A DNA stretch of 64,000 nt. Source: Basidiobolus meristosporus CBS 931.73 (taxonomy: Eukaryota > Fungi > Basidiobolomycota). Position 1 is the stretch's first letter; each line of letters starts with the position of its first letter. The stretch covers positions 68,601-132,600 of the forward strand of contig MCFE01000201.1 in the NCBI GenBank assembly GCA_002104905.1, in the 5' to 3' direction. Below the pieces are notes generated by a model. It worked only from the letters and a program-made list of their open reading frames with translations, did no database searches and was not told the origin of the DNA. Below are positions 42,501 to 54,789 of this stretch, piece after piece. Made by a program: the position numbers and the translations under genes.

Positions 42501-45338
42501 GAGAGGCGAGGTTAGCCTGAACATATATTCCTACGAAAACTTGGTGTTTCACGTTTTACACCAAAGGTTATGTCTGAACTGCTCTTAGCCCTCGAATGTA
42601 TTTTAACACCCCCCTGATCTTTAGAGTTCCGCATTACAAACATTCCACCATTAACAAATGGATTAGCCATCCACAAAAGCTGTTCCGACTACGTGCGATC
42701 CAATACTATATAGCAAAGGCCAGCATGAATATCAGGTTACTGGAACAAACTGGTGTACTAAACCGCACTATTGAGTTTGCCAAAGTGTTTGGTGTGGATT
42801 TTTTCTCCGTCCTCTCCCGTGGCTCTCAATACAAAGTCGAATCAATGCTTTGTAGAATTGCAAAGCCCGAGAATTACTTGTTGATTTCACCAAGTAGACC
42901 TCAAGTAAGTAATTTGTGGTTGCGCATCAAGATTTCCCGAGGGATCCAGACCTGGACAAACCTATCTATATCCTAGGTTGCAGAAATGAGAGCCGTTGAA
43001 TCGCTACCACTGGTAATGGAGCCAGAATCCAACTTCTATACAAGTCCTGTCGTCGTATTAGATTTCCAGTCGCTGTATCCCTCAATTATGATTGCGTATA
43101 ATTACTGGTATGCGAAGGCTTTCTCAGTACCGGTATCATTCAATTCTTTGAATTAATCATTCGTGTTCTTATTGTTGTCGGTATAAGCTATTCGACTTGC
43201 CTGGGTAGAATTCAACCAACGTTGGAAAAACAAAAGTTCGGAGTTACCTCCTACGTTCCACCTATCGATGTTCTCTCCAAGTTTCAAGATCAGCTGAATG
43301 GTATAGATTATAATATACTTGACTGGTATTCTTAATTTCACAATAGCTTATAATCATTTCAGTGGCACCAAACGGCGTCGCATACCTAAAGCCCAGCGTT
43401 AGGAAAGGGTTATTGGCCAAGATGCTAACCGAAATCCTCGAGACTAGAGTTATGGTCAAGAAATCCATGGGAAGATACAAGAACGACAAAGTAGCACCAA
43501 ATCATCAATGATTCCATTTCTTCTGTGTACTTACAACCGCGTTCTATTAAGGCATTGACCAGCTTGTTGGATGCACGCCAGTTGAGTTTGAAATTCATCG
43601 CCAACGTAACTTATGGGTATACCGGTGCTAGTTTCTCCGGTCGGATGCCAAGTGTGGAGATCGCTGATAGTATAGTTCAAACTGGCCGAGAAACACTAGA
43701 AAAGGTCAGCTGAAATTACTTAATCGCTGAGGTTAACCATACTAAATCATCTCGGCAGACCATAGATCTCATCAATAATACTGCCAAATGGGGTGCTAGA
43801 GTAGTCTATGGTGATACGGATAGGTAATATTCTACTCATGTTCAAAACTACACACTTGACTAATTCTGGACGTAAATCCCAGTGTTTTTATTCATATCCC
43901 GGGGGCTTCGCGCGACCAAGCATTTGATATTGGCAATGAAATTGCCGAAACAGTGACCCGGATGAACCCACAACCAGTCAAACTGAAATTTGAAAAGGTG
44001 GACATTATTGATAGCCCCATCCCAAGGTTGATGTTAATTATGGCTATTACTAGGTCTATCACCCATGTGTAATGATCACGAAAAAGCGATATGTCGGATT
44101 CAAGTACGAAGCAAAAACGGATACAGAACCAGTATTCGAGGCGAAGGGGATTGAGACCGTTAGAAGAGATGGCTGCCTTGCAACGCAGAAAATGATGGAG
44201 AACTGCCTAAAGTAAGCCAATATTGTTAAACTGGGAAACCTTGCAGAACCTAACATTTGACTTTCGATAGAACACTTTTCCGGACTCAGGACCTTTCGCT
44301 AGTGAAAGACCACCTGCAAACACAATGGGCAAAGATTTTGGCCGAGCGAGTTGCCTATCAAGATTTCTTTTTCGCGAAGGAGGTGAAATTAGGCACTTAC
44401 AGGTGTGTCATCCACAATGCAAGTGGTTAACTATTGATCTGACTAATGTCGATGTTTCCTAGTGAATCCCACTTGCCACCAGGCGCACTGGTAAGCGCTA
44501 GGAAGATGGCCAAAGATCCGAACGCTGACCCTCAATATGGTGAACGAGTGTCGTATTTAGTTGTTTATGGCGGCCCCAATTCTAGACTTATGGATCAGGT
44601 TGTGTCACCAGAAGAATTCATCAAGAGCAAGTACGTAACCTTATCTTTCCATTAGTACCAGTGATGATGTTGACTTGTATTCCTAGATCCCTGCGTTTGA
44701 ATGGCCACTACTACATCACTAAACAGATCATCCCTAGTCTGTCCAGAGTGTTTAATTTGCTAGGGGCAGGTAAACCTTCCTTGTATCGACTTTAATCAAT
44801 TTCAGATATGCTAAACTCACGACCATTACAGATGTTCAGAGTTGGTATGACGAAATGCCAAAATCCTCATTTGTAATGAAATACGTAGAAACCATGGAGA
44901 ATACGGGAACCAGTAGGAATGCCAACCGGTCAACCATTGACCAGTTCTTTAAGAGTAAACACTGCTTAGTTTGTGGAGAAGTTAACTTGAATGGTAATCA
45001 TATCCCAAGCATATGTCAGGGTTTTTTGAGCTCGTTACTAACACATTTCTTAAAACCGTGTGTTAATAGAAAAACTGTTGTGCAATAGATGTTTGCAGGA
45101 CCCGCAAACCTCAATCTTTCACTTGACTAGGTCCAAACAGTATTCAGAGTCTCGAGTTCGGGATTTTCAGAAAATATGCAATGGATGTGCCGGCTTTCCT
45201 GTCAACTTCAAGCATTCCACTGAAAACTTTTGTCAGTCCTTGGATTGCCCTACTTTTTACGACCGTCTAAAATCCAACGAAAACCTCGAAATTATAAAGA
45301 AGCAGTTCAAGGCAGCTCAAGACCTGTTTTGGTATTAA
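36576..45338 (+). CDS. REV3: DNA polymerase zeta catalytic subunit, multi-exon with long disordered insert
   Basis: N-terminal VPVIRIFGST..GHKTCIHIHQ.FPYFY and YDAHIPFLLQFFVDYNLYGM. Pol B motifs VLDFQSLYPS, KFIANVTYGYTGASFSGRMP and YGDTDS. C-terminal Cys clusters CLVC...C..C and C..C...CQSLDCP. Confidence 0.96.
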
Positions 45339-47609
45339 TGAATGAGAAGTAGCTCTACCCTCACCCTCCCCTCTCCAATTCTCTTGGGAAATAAGTATTC
45401 ACATTTTAATATCTAAGAGGATTGTGTACAAATTAGACAGCTTAATAAATACTTGGTGAAACCGAACCTTGGACATAAGTGAGATTTGTAGATGAGACTT
45501 CATTGAATATATTGTGCTGCGGTCTTTATTTAGGACGTTTCGTGGATTTTGAATCATTCATTTCACTAGTCAAGTTTGCCGACTACATCCAAGGACTCCG
45601 TTGGTGACGATAAACCAGTTTATCAATACATTTATATGATGGATGACCGGCTTACGTTAGTGTGTGAACTCTGCTAAGAGCTACTCTACAGGCCTTCGAT
45701 GTCGGCAAACTCCCCTGGACTCATCCAGATCATGCAGAGTAGACAAAGAGCTAATGAAGTATTTAAAATTGATAGCTAATGCATGAAACAAAAATGATCT
45801 TGGATTACTGTGTGCTTGATATCGCATAAGATCAGCATTTAGTGCACATCCAAAACACTTCACCTCACCCGTGATTTGCCCGGATATAACCGGGAATCAC
45901 CCTGATACTTCATACTGTCATGGAACAGCCAATTCTAGCTGCCTGCAAAAAGCCAAAAGGGGTTAACTAGAGTACTAGTTAGAACAGCAAGTGAATCTAG
46001 ATAATTGGCTGATGGCCAGATTTGGAAGTGCGCATTGATTTAGTAGATAATCTAATCATTTCTGCCTCTTCCTATCTAGTAGCAACCTATCGCTAGGTGC
46101 TTGGAAGTAGCAGACCCGATGTAAAATTACATCTACAGAGGCAGCCAATAATAAGGGTTCAATGCAACTCGATCTCCAACCCGTAATCTGACACTTCAGC
46201 AATTCCTATAGGACCTGTTGGATGCCAGTTTGATACACCCATGTTATGGAGTACTGGAGTAATAGTAGTAGTAATCATGATGCCACTTCCAGCTTCCGGA
46301 CTGATGGGATCGATCTATATCATTTGTCTGTTCTTGAAGTGATTCCTGTTCAATTACATGGTCAACATCGGTCCAGATTCTCCAAAAAATGTTCACATTG
46401 TTTGAGCATGATAAGCTATCAAGACGAGTGCCAATGGCTCCTGCGTAAAGAAGTCTCGCATAATGATTGCCTGGTGCATTGAGCATTTCTAATTCCAGAG
46501 TTCTCACCCACGCCATTGGAGCACACCTTTCACCCAATAACAGAGAGGCCTAGAATTTGTTAAAGCCCCGGCAATAAGGTGTCTGCGCAGGATCATGAAA
46601 AATCATCCACGCAATTCAATGCTTTGTACTCAACATCCTTAATACGGCATCCCGAGTGTATTTGTTCTTCCGATGTAGTTGAAGGCTCGTCATTGACACA
46701 CGGTGGCTTAGCTTGTGGGCCATGATTCCATCAGTAGGTGGAAGTCAAAACAAAACTGGATTTAGGAGGAATCACATACAAGATTTCTACATGGCAGTTC
46801 TCATATTGTCTAGCGGTGCAAGATTTGAGGTGCGGTGTCAGGTGTGAGGTTATCGATGTATCTATTGGTGGCCTTGTCAAACCTAGCGAATAATCAATAT
46901 CGTGTGGCATCACACGAGTCTCCAATCCACCAATAGTGCCCCGTTAAAAATTGCGTGAGGGTAGCCACGGCAGCTATCAAGGATAAGTCGTAAGTTTTAC
47001 GAACCACCCCGAGGTTTAGCATCTTGCGTACTCCACAGTGGAGTTTAACCGAGAATTCAGTTGCACACCGGCTATCGCTGGTGATACAAATGACACTAGT
47101 ATGTTAATACGAATGTGGAGTGATGCTTTACCGCTTTTAATAAACTACAGCTAATCCAATCCATCTCCCATCGATCCCGCTTCCCTACATACTACCGGGA
47201 AGTGTCAACAGCAAAGATCTCGTCGGCACAGATGTTAAATTGCTGGCGCAGTGTAAGCTCGACAAATTATGGGGGAAATCTTGTTCATTGATGGTTGGAT
47301 AAGGAGATAGGAGTCGGGATAACTATATATGGATGTATATACATTTCAGATTCTGTATAGTAATTACTGCATTGCCTATCGCATTGTCTCGAAGACAAAA
47401 GAGTTCCGTGTGAACGAATCCAATTTGAGCGTGGCTGCCATATTTGGTAGATTTTATATTTGTATCCTTCAGAATTAAATGGCACCCCTATGAAATCGGT
47501 GTCCCGCGTTCTGAAATTTGCCTTTCGTAGCTATAAATACCGATGGGTCCGTTGGTGAGGCATGTTTGTTTTTTCTTGTTGAGTTAGTTAACTTGTTTAT
47601 GTATTGAAG

Positions 47610-48936
47610 ATGGCAGTTGAAGAAACGAACTTCCCGTATTACGTTGCGAGTAGAATCACGCAACCACAAGCGATGTCTCAAAGCTTACCTACCAGAGGCT
47701 CTCATTTCAGTTACTTCGGCAGCTCTCTCAGCTCCCAAATCTTCCTTGACCTATCTCCCACCTCCCACGTAAAGCCCGACCCAGGTTTCATTAATTATTT
47801 GGCAAAGAAATCGAAGTTCCCCATCAAGAATGAGACTATTACGCGCGACAATGCAAGCCCTGAACCCAGTTTTGATCAGTTCACTTCATGGGCCCAACCA
47901 CTGTACTTAGAGGATAGTGTGTGTAATGAGGAGGTTGTCGAGTATTCCAATTCCTTCCCCAAGTTTACATTCCTATTTGATCAACTACCCAAAGAGTCCG
48001 AGCACGACCTTGCTGAGCGCGTTAAGACCTTGTCGGGGGTAAGTCTTGACAATCTTCTCTATACACTTGACTGCGTCTTAACAAGATCGAATTCTCCCAG
48101 CATGTAGAGGCTACTTTGAACGATAAAGTCACCCATATCGTGACAACACGCTCCACTCAAGAAGTGAAAGCCTTTATTGGTATGATGGGCACTGAAGCTA
48201 GATGCCAACCGAGCAATGGTCTAGAGGAGGAGAGCACGGAATTGCAAACATTGTTGCGTAGACTTCAGAAGCAAGGAGTGAAGCTGTGGAGCTTGAATAG
48301 TGAGTGACTTGTTTTTATTGAGGAGAGAAAGGATATTTATTGATACGATGTTTAGAAATGAATCTTGTCCTTGATCAGCTTGCTCCCAAGGCTCAGGTTG
48401 CCAATGACTCTGCTGGGCATGTAGAAGTTGAGCCTGCCTACTTCAACAATCTCTTTCTTTTGGTTGAGGATGCCACTAGCGAGCATCGTCCGATAATGGC
48501 TGATGATATTATAGTGCCTGTTGACTTGGGATCTCGCAGTCCAGTGTGGGACTTTGTAATCCGAGAAAACCCTGAGTGGACACACTTGCTTCCAGAGGAT
48601 AATGTTCCGGTGAAAAAACGAAGCAAAGCACCTCGTAAACACAAAAATGGAAAAGCTGCTGCTGGGAAGCTGACAAAGCTAATCAAGCCGAAGAAGAAGC
48701 CAGCTGTGGCGAAGAAGACAAAGCGCGGTTATTGCGAAAACTGTAATACTTTGTTCGAGTGTATGGAAGAGGTAGGACATCCCATGCCGTGATTTCGTTC
48801 CTTTTGGCCACATACTCATCTAAAGTCTTACTAGCATCTGCAAGAACCCACGCACCAACAACTCTCTAGAGATTATTCTCGATACGAAGATCTTGATAGT
48901 GTAATTTCTGGAGTTCAAAGAATTGTAATATCATGA
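47610..48936 (+). CDS. DBF4: Dbf4/Dfp1-type regulatory subunit of Cdc7 kinase
   Basis: Motif N (NDKVTHIVTTRS...GVKLWSL), motif M (YFNNLFLLVEDATSEHRPIM), and motif C zinc finger KRGYCENCNTLFECMEE|HLQEPTH. Confidence 0.85.
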
Positions 48937-49427
48937 TTGCTTAGTCATGGTTGTGGCATTTAGCCAATCTTTTGTATATAGTCCACATTAATGTAATACG
49001 CAAAAACAGCATTAATTCGAAGTGTTGGTGACCATCTTAAATAAATGTAACATACGCATCTACTGATCCATGGAGGTATCAATTGAACTGTATCCACCAG
49101 CTAATTAAGGGCTGACTTGCAACGCCAAACTGCTTCCGGTATGCATAAGGCCACTTCTACCTAGATGTCATCCTGACTAATTCGCAGTCTTACCTCACGT
49201 TCACCTTTGCCATGGTACCCAAACACATTACATATATGGAATGTTGAAATGGTAAAAATGCCGGGTTTCTTTTAAACTGCAATCTATTTACTTATACTGT
49301 AGTTTCCTCAGATCTGGATATACTGAGGTGGCTAACAACTCCGAAAGTCCATTCACACAATACCAGTCGTTAGTCCGTCGACTAGTGGCTATTTTGCTGT
49401 AGCAAGTCCTCTTCTGGCCGTAATTTT

Positions 49428-49801
49428 TTAATCCCGTTTACTAGGTTGCTTATAACAAACAGCCTCGAAATTATCCCCTTCAAAGTCGTAAACGAAAGTG
49501 GCATAATAGTTTTCACCACGTTGACTTCTTACGACAGAGACGCCATTGTCTTTACCACCACTTTCCAATGCGGCCTTATCAAACTCATCCACTTGCTTAC
49601 GGGTAGCGGCGTTAAATGCGATATGAATGTTGGTAGGACTACCTTCAGCAAAGGTAAATAAGGAATTTCCATAACACGCTGCTGTTAGGAACTCCTGCTC
49701 AATTGTGTAGCCTAGAGGCTTCGGGGCCCAGCAATAGAATGGTTTGCAACGAAAAAATTCTTGACATTGTTACCGAGGTGATGGAGTAAAGCAGTAGTCA
49801 T
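49428..49801 (-). pseudogene. VOC/glyoxalase-bleomycin-resistance family pseudogene (1-nt frameshift), intronless
   Basis: ATG at 49801 gives MTTALLHHLGNNVKNF; after a frameshift near 49745 it continues PFY..PLGY...NIHIAFNAATRKQVDEFDKAALESGGKDNG..R...ENYYATFVYDFEGDNFEAVC*. Absent from the ORF track. Confidence 0.8.
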
Positions 49802-50292
49802 ACTACATTGGCCTACTCATGTTAATTGTATAGATACTGGACAACGTCACGCCGTAGGCCACTAAATACATCCTGGGAAAAATTGGTGGAAAAGTAATTG
49901 GTGCAGATATCTGTTGATAGGCCTGGCAGGTCTGACAATTGGCAATGTGTATTTAGGTTATAAGCCAATTATGTACATAGGACCAAGGATTGGGTGCAAC
50001 TGCGGATCATCAAAGGGGCAACATTGAGCCAGGTTACTGGGGATACCAACTATCCTCTCTGTGATTGGTGATGATTAAACAAACAGCTCGGGGATGACGC
50101 TTTACATTATTCTCAAGTTGTAGTTATATTTCAAATTGGATAGTACATATGTGAACAAGCAATTGAAGTGCATAATGTAAATAGCAAATAAAATATTATA
50201 TCAACAATAATGGGCAAGAACCACTTGAATTACAAAAAAGATTATTAGAAAAATAATATATTGAGGTGGGACTAGAGTACTACTGCTTCATT

Positions 50293-50875
50293 GGGGGGGG
50301 GAGACAGTCACCTACAGGTGAAATCTTTATTTCAGTCAAAACAAAGAAGCCAGTGCTACTGTTGTGCTTTGATACAAGAATGTGTAGCTGAGGGGATTGG
50401 TAGGTAAGTTAATAAGGAGAGCTGATAGTTCTTCAGTGCTTAATACACTGTTCAGTGGGAAGAGGGGTAAGAATGATTTGTCAACAACATTAAAAAGGGG
50501 AACATGATCTGGATTGAGGCTCATCACAAAGGGAGTGGGCAACTGCAGATGTTGCTGCCAAAGGTCTGTCAAGTACTTTAGGTAGGCCAACTTGGGTTTT
50601 TCTGACTGCAGAATGTGATGAGCATACTTCTTGACATCTTAATCTCCAAGTATAGTTCTCCAGCAGGAGCCAGGTGTGGTGTGGTGAGTTCTCTTCCAGG
50701 CCTTGATTGGTGGACTGTTGCAGTGGTGAAGTCCAAGATATAATCTGGTTCTAAGGTACAGAAGTCTGATCTTGTAGGGGGGAAACAATCACTAATGGTT
50801 GACTTCTGGATCCCCAAGTATGGTTCTCCAGCAGGAGTCATGTGTAGTGTGGTGAGTGCTCTTCCAGGCCTTGAT
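50293..50875 (-). mobile_element. Degenerate 3' fragment of the telomeric LINE, with an internal rearranged duplication
   Basis: Colinear with 54733-55220 but with many substitutions; same GAGACAGTCACC-N4-GGTGAAATCTTTATTT end. Encodes AYLKYLTDLWQQ...PLNSVLSTEELS. Confidence 0.88.
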
Positions 50876-51026
50876 TATGTTGTAAGAGTCTTGGAGATAT
50901 TGGAAGTGATTGGGAGAACAAGCAGATTATGAGGTATTCACTCAATGATCTGCTGAATGTAACAGTAGTAATTATACTTTCACATGGTCTTGGCATCTCA
51001 ATCATGTGAAATATGTTGGGTTAGGG

Positions 51027-51098
51027 GAGGGGAAAGTCACCAAGGTAGGTGAAATCTTTATTTGATTTCAGACAAGTCTAACTACAAATAAAGAAGCC
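51027..51098 (-). mobile_element. 72-bp 3' stub of the second retroelement family, flanked by TTAGGG on both sides
   Basis: Nearly identical to 59929-59998. GGGTTAGGG at 51018-51026 and TTAGGG at 51099-51104. Confidence 0.8.
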
Positions 51099-51143
51099 TT
51101 AGGGTGTAGGTGTTATAGTAAGGGCTAGGAAAAGGTTAGAAGA

Positions 51144-51212
51144 GCAGGGGGTCTGGGGGACGCAGTCCCCTAGAGAATAAAAAAGCAGGGGGTTTGGGGG
51201 ATGCAATCCCCC
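51144..51212. repeat. Two copies of a G-rich palindromic motif
   Basis: GCAGGGGGTCTGGGGGACGCAGTCCCC and GCAGGGGGTTTGGGGGATGCAATCCCCC, each ending in a GGGGA/TCCCC hairpin. Confidence 0.85.
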
Positions 51213-51727
51213 ATACTGCTCCCATACTCTTTAAATTCCCATTGGATTACTTTTCTCTCATTCTTGGTTCTGGTCCCTTAGGGTTAGAATTCCTCCTCCT
51301 AACCCTTATCACTCTAACCATAAACATTTTTACCCTACAATTGGCACATTGTCTGCTCATACAGTGGGCATGTCTGGGCCAATATTTGTCTCCCTATACT
51401 GTCCATATGCTCTGTATAAGTCTTGATGCCTATTTAATTAATAAATTGTTACTTTTAATGTATATCAAATAATTAATGGGATTCATCCCAATCTGGCCAC
51501 AATCCCATATTTTGATAAGCTTTGGGCACCTTAAACTCCGCGGCCCTAATATGATAAAAAAATTCATGGCCAATACAAATTTTCTGTAACCCAATTGCTT
51601 TTACCAAATATAAAGTGTATCCCAAAGTTCAATATATATTATGGCTATAATAGAAACTTTATTTGACACCATCACAACTACTACTTATGTTCTATGCGCA
51701 CATGTATCCCGCAGCAATTGTAAAACT

Positions 51728-52597
51728 TAGCCATGTGGTACAAAAGTGCTTTTATTTTTCATCATGATAGTTTTACATGAGTTCCTAATGCACTTTGAAA
51801 GTATGCAGTAGCCATACCCCTACAGGTTTTAAGGATGTCCACTAGTTACGTCTACTTGTGTCTAGTGGGAGGCATCAATCATCAGCCGTGCAATACTGAA
51901 ATGCTTTTATTTTTCATCATGCTAGTTTTGTATGAATCCATAACGCACTTTCATAGTGCATGGTTACCATACCCCAACAGGTTTTAAGGATACCCACTTG
52001 CTACATTTACTTGTGTCTAGCGGGAGTCATCAATCATCAGCTGTGCGGTAATAAAGTGCTTTTATTTTTCATCATGATAGTTTTACATGAGTCCCTAACG
52101 CACTTTTATAGTGTGCAGTAACCATACCCCAACAGGTTTTAAGGATACCCACTTGCTACGTTTACTTGTGTCTAGCAGGAGTTATCAATCATCAGTTGCG
52201 CGGTATTAAAGTGCTTTCATTTTTCATCATGATAGTTTTACATGAGTCCCTAATGCACTTTTTTAGTGCGTGGTAACTATACTCCAACAGGTTTTAATGA
52301 TACTCACTTGCTATGTTTACTTGTGTCTAGCAGGAGTCATCAATCATTAGCCGTGCGGTAATAAAGTGCTTTTATTTTTCATCATGATAGTTTTACATGA
52401 GTCCCTAACACACTTTCATAGTGTGCGGTAACCATACCCCAACAGGTTTTAAGGATACCCACTTGCTACGTTTACTTGTGTCTAGCGGGAGTTATCAATC
52501 ATCAGTTGCGCAGTAATAAAGTGCTTTTATTTTTCATTGTGATAGTTTTACATGAGTCCCTAATGCACTTTTATAGTGTGCAGTAACCATACCCCCA
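51728..52597. repeat. Subtelomeric tandem repeat, 155-bp unit, about 5.5 copies
   Basis: The anchor (G/A)TGCTTT..ATTTTTCAT recurs at 51746, 51901, 52056, 52211, 52366 and 52521, exactly 155 apart. Confidence 0.95.
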
Positions 52598-53255
52598 GAA
52601 AGTAGTGTGGATGCTTACTTTAAACGCTCACTTGTGTATTGTACGGACTATCAACAAACAGCCGCATGGAAATGGAACATCATAGAAAAGCATTGCTTTG
52701 TTGTTAGCAAGTATTGATGCGCAAATAGTGGTACTATGTGAATTATTGAGTAACTATTTACTCTAGTTGGTTCCAAGATATTCCTAGACAATATGCTCAA
52801 AATCAATATTAGCATCAATAGCTTGCTCTTTGATCACTAAACCACTGCACCCAATATGCGGTGGCCTTGGTTTTGTCTAGCCGTCAAGGAATGAAACCAG
52901 AGTACAGTCACAAGAGAGGCAAAAGTGAAATGTGATGAAGTAAGTGTATATGAAAGTAATATAAATCTACAGGACAGAAGAGAACAACTAGTAGTTAAAC
53001 AGCACTCACTGACACTCCACCAAGTAGAGCACCAACATGGATCATAAACTAGTCATGAGGGGAAAGCTTAAGGACTGCTACTTGGGGATCAAGACCTAAA
53101 GAGGAAGCTACCTCTACCATAGCAGTCCTTGTGCTCCAAAGGAAGACCAAGAGTCTACTATAGACAAAGATTGCGGCAAGAAGAGTAGTACAATTACCAG
53201 TTCTGGTAGTGGTAACTTTGGAAGTCCCAAATACCTGGAGAAAACTGGGAAAAAA

Positions 53256-54664
53256 TTGGCAGATAACTCAGTTGTCCTGAGGAGAAAACAAACCAATGCA
53301 ATTGAGCAGTTCCAAAACAAACTTCAGCTTAGTTCTTCTTTGCCTCACTATAAAGTACTCCAAGTGGCTTATTTGGATTATAAGCGTATGAAGGAGAATC
53401 AGGCAGAGACTGATAAATTAAGTGATAGTCAATTGCATCACTTCTTATATCAGGTAGAGAAACAGTTGCACAGCCAAGAGATGGAACAAGAATTGATGAT
53501 TACAGAAACCAAATAATTTTGCCAATGTAGTTTTGCATTTTAATAAAATAAAAGGGTGTTAATAAGAACAGAATAAAGTTAACTTATGTGTCCATCAAAT
53601 GATTCCAATACTGGCTAGATGGATGTTACGTAGGAGCAAGAAGCTCAGTAACCTCAAAGGAAAGATATGATGAATGGGCCACCAACATCATCCAAATGAG
53701 TATAAAAGTGGAGAAAGGAGACATAATCCTTCATAAAAAACAAGAAGCATGGAAGCAGGCAGTAGCCGGGTAGATGCCAGGAGTGAAGGTAGAGTACAAA
53801 GAGAGCAAGGAAGGGGACAAGGACGTGGACCCAGGCACGGAAGTGGAAGAGGGCAAGGAAGTGGCCAAATCCAAGAGGAGTGTGAAGGAGGTGTTGCAGC
53901 AAACGTGAATGATGCTGAGCAAGTTACTGTAGTCACTACCAGGCGGCCAGTCAACCAAGTTTCCCAAGCATTGTCAGAGGTTTGACAAGAGCTTCCGGAA
54001 TATAGGACAACATCTCACCATGAGATATTGCAACGTATGTGCCAGGAGATTAAACAGAGGAGGTGCGATATTGTAAAGCTAAATTGGGATATTGCTGGAC
54101 TTCAAGCCCAGATTGATTTCAGTTTCCACCATTCTACTGAGGCATTAGTAGCACAAATGGTGGAAAAGTTTGCCCGCATCAGGGCAAGCAATGAGCAGGG
54201 TGCATCTTCCAACCCAGGTGTACTTGCAAGTGACAGTATTGGAGGGGATACTACTTCCTCCCTTGAACCTACCACAAGCCAAGAGACAAGAGCAGAATCC
54301 CAACCCAAGTCAGGAAGAAATGAGTACAAAGCAGCTACTAGGCGCATTCTTAATGAATTGGCAGCAATCTCTCAGCGGCACAAGAGGGAAGGCAAAGGAA
54401 GTGCTGAGACTGAAAATATCTTGCAGCATAGTGCCATGTCTTACTGTCCACTTAAGAACCATCAAGCATTTGGCGTACAATGCTGATGTATACAGAGCCA
54501 TCTATAAAGGAGCATTGCTTGCCAATTCCATAGGACTTGGAAAGACATTGCAGATATTAAGTCTCATATTGAGACACCTGAGCAAGGCCAAATCTTATTG
54601 TTGTCACGCTTGGAATACTTCTCAATTAGTGATGGAGATAAGACATAACAAGGATATCCAATGA
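53256..54664 (+). pseudogene. Decayed ORF ending in the start of a SNF2-family ATPase, cut off at a telomere-like junction
   Basis: Broken frames. Q-motif-like PLKNHQAFGVQ (54448-54480), then after a frameshift a Walker-A-like KGALLANSIGLGKTLQILSLIL (54506 onward; SNF2 consensus GGILADEMGLGKT). Confidence 0.6.
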
Positions 54665-54789
54665 AGAGCTTAGGTGTAGTGTTATAGTAAGGCTAGAAAG
54701 GTTAGAAGAGCAGGTCTGGGATGCACTTAGGGGGGAGACAGTCACCAACAGGTGAAATCTTTATTTCAGTTGAAACAAAGAAGCCAGCG

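Noticed and set aside
46244-46537. 97-aa minus-strand ORF ending in a Tyr run
   Set aside because: The Tyr run comes from a short (TAG/TAA)n repeat; no family recognised.
51728-52597. CRISPR-like interpretation of the tandem repeats and hairpin arrays
   Set aside because: Eukaryotic context, no unique spacers and no cas genes; these are plain tandem repeats.
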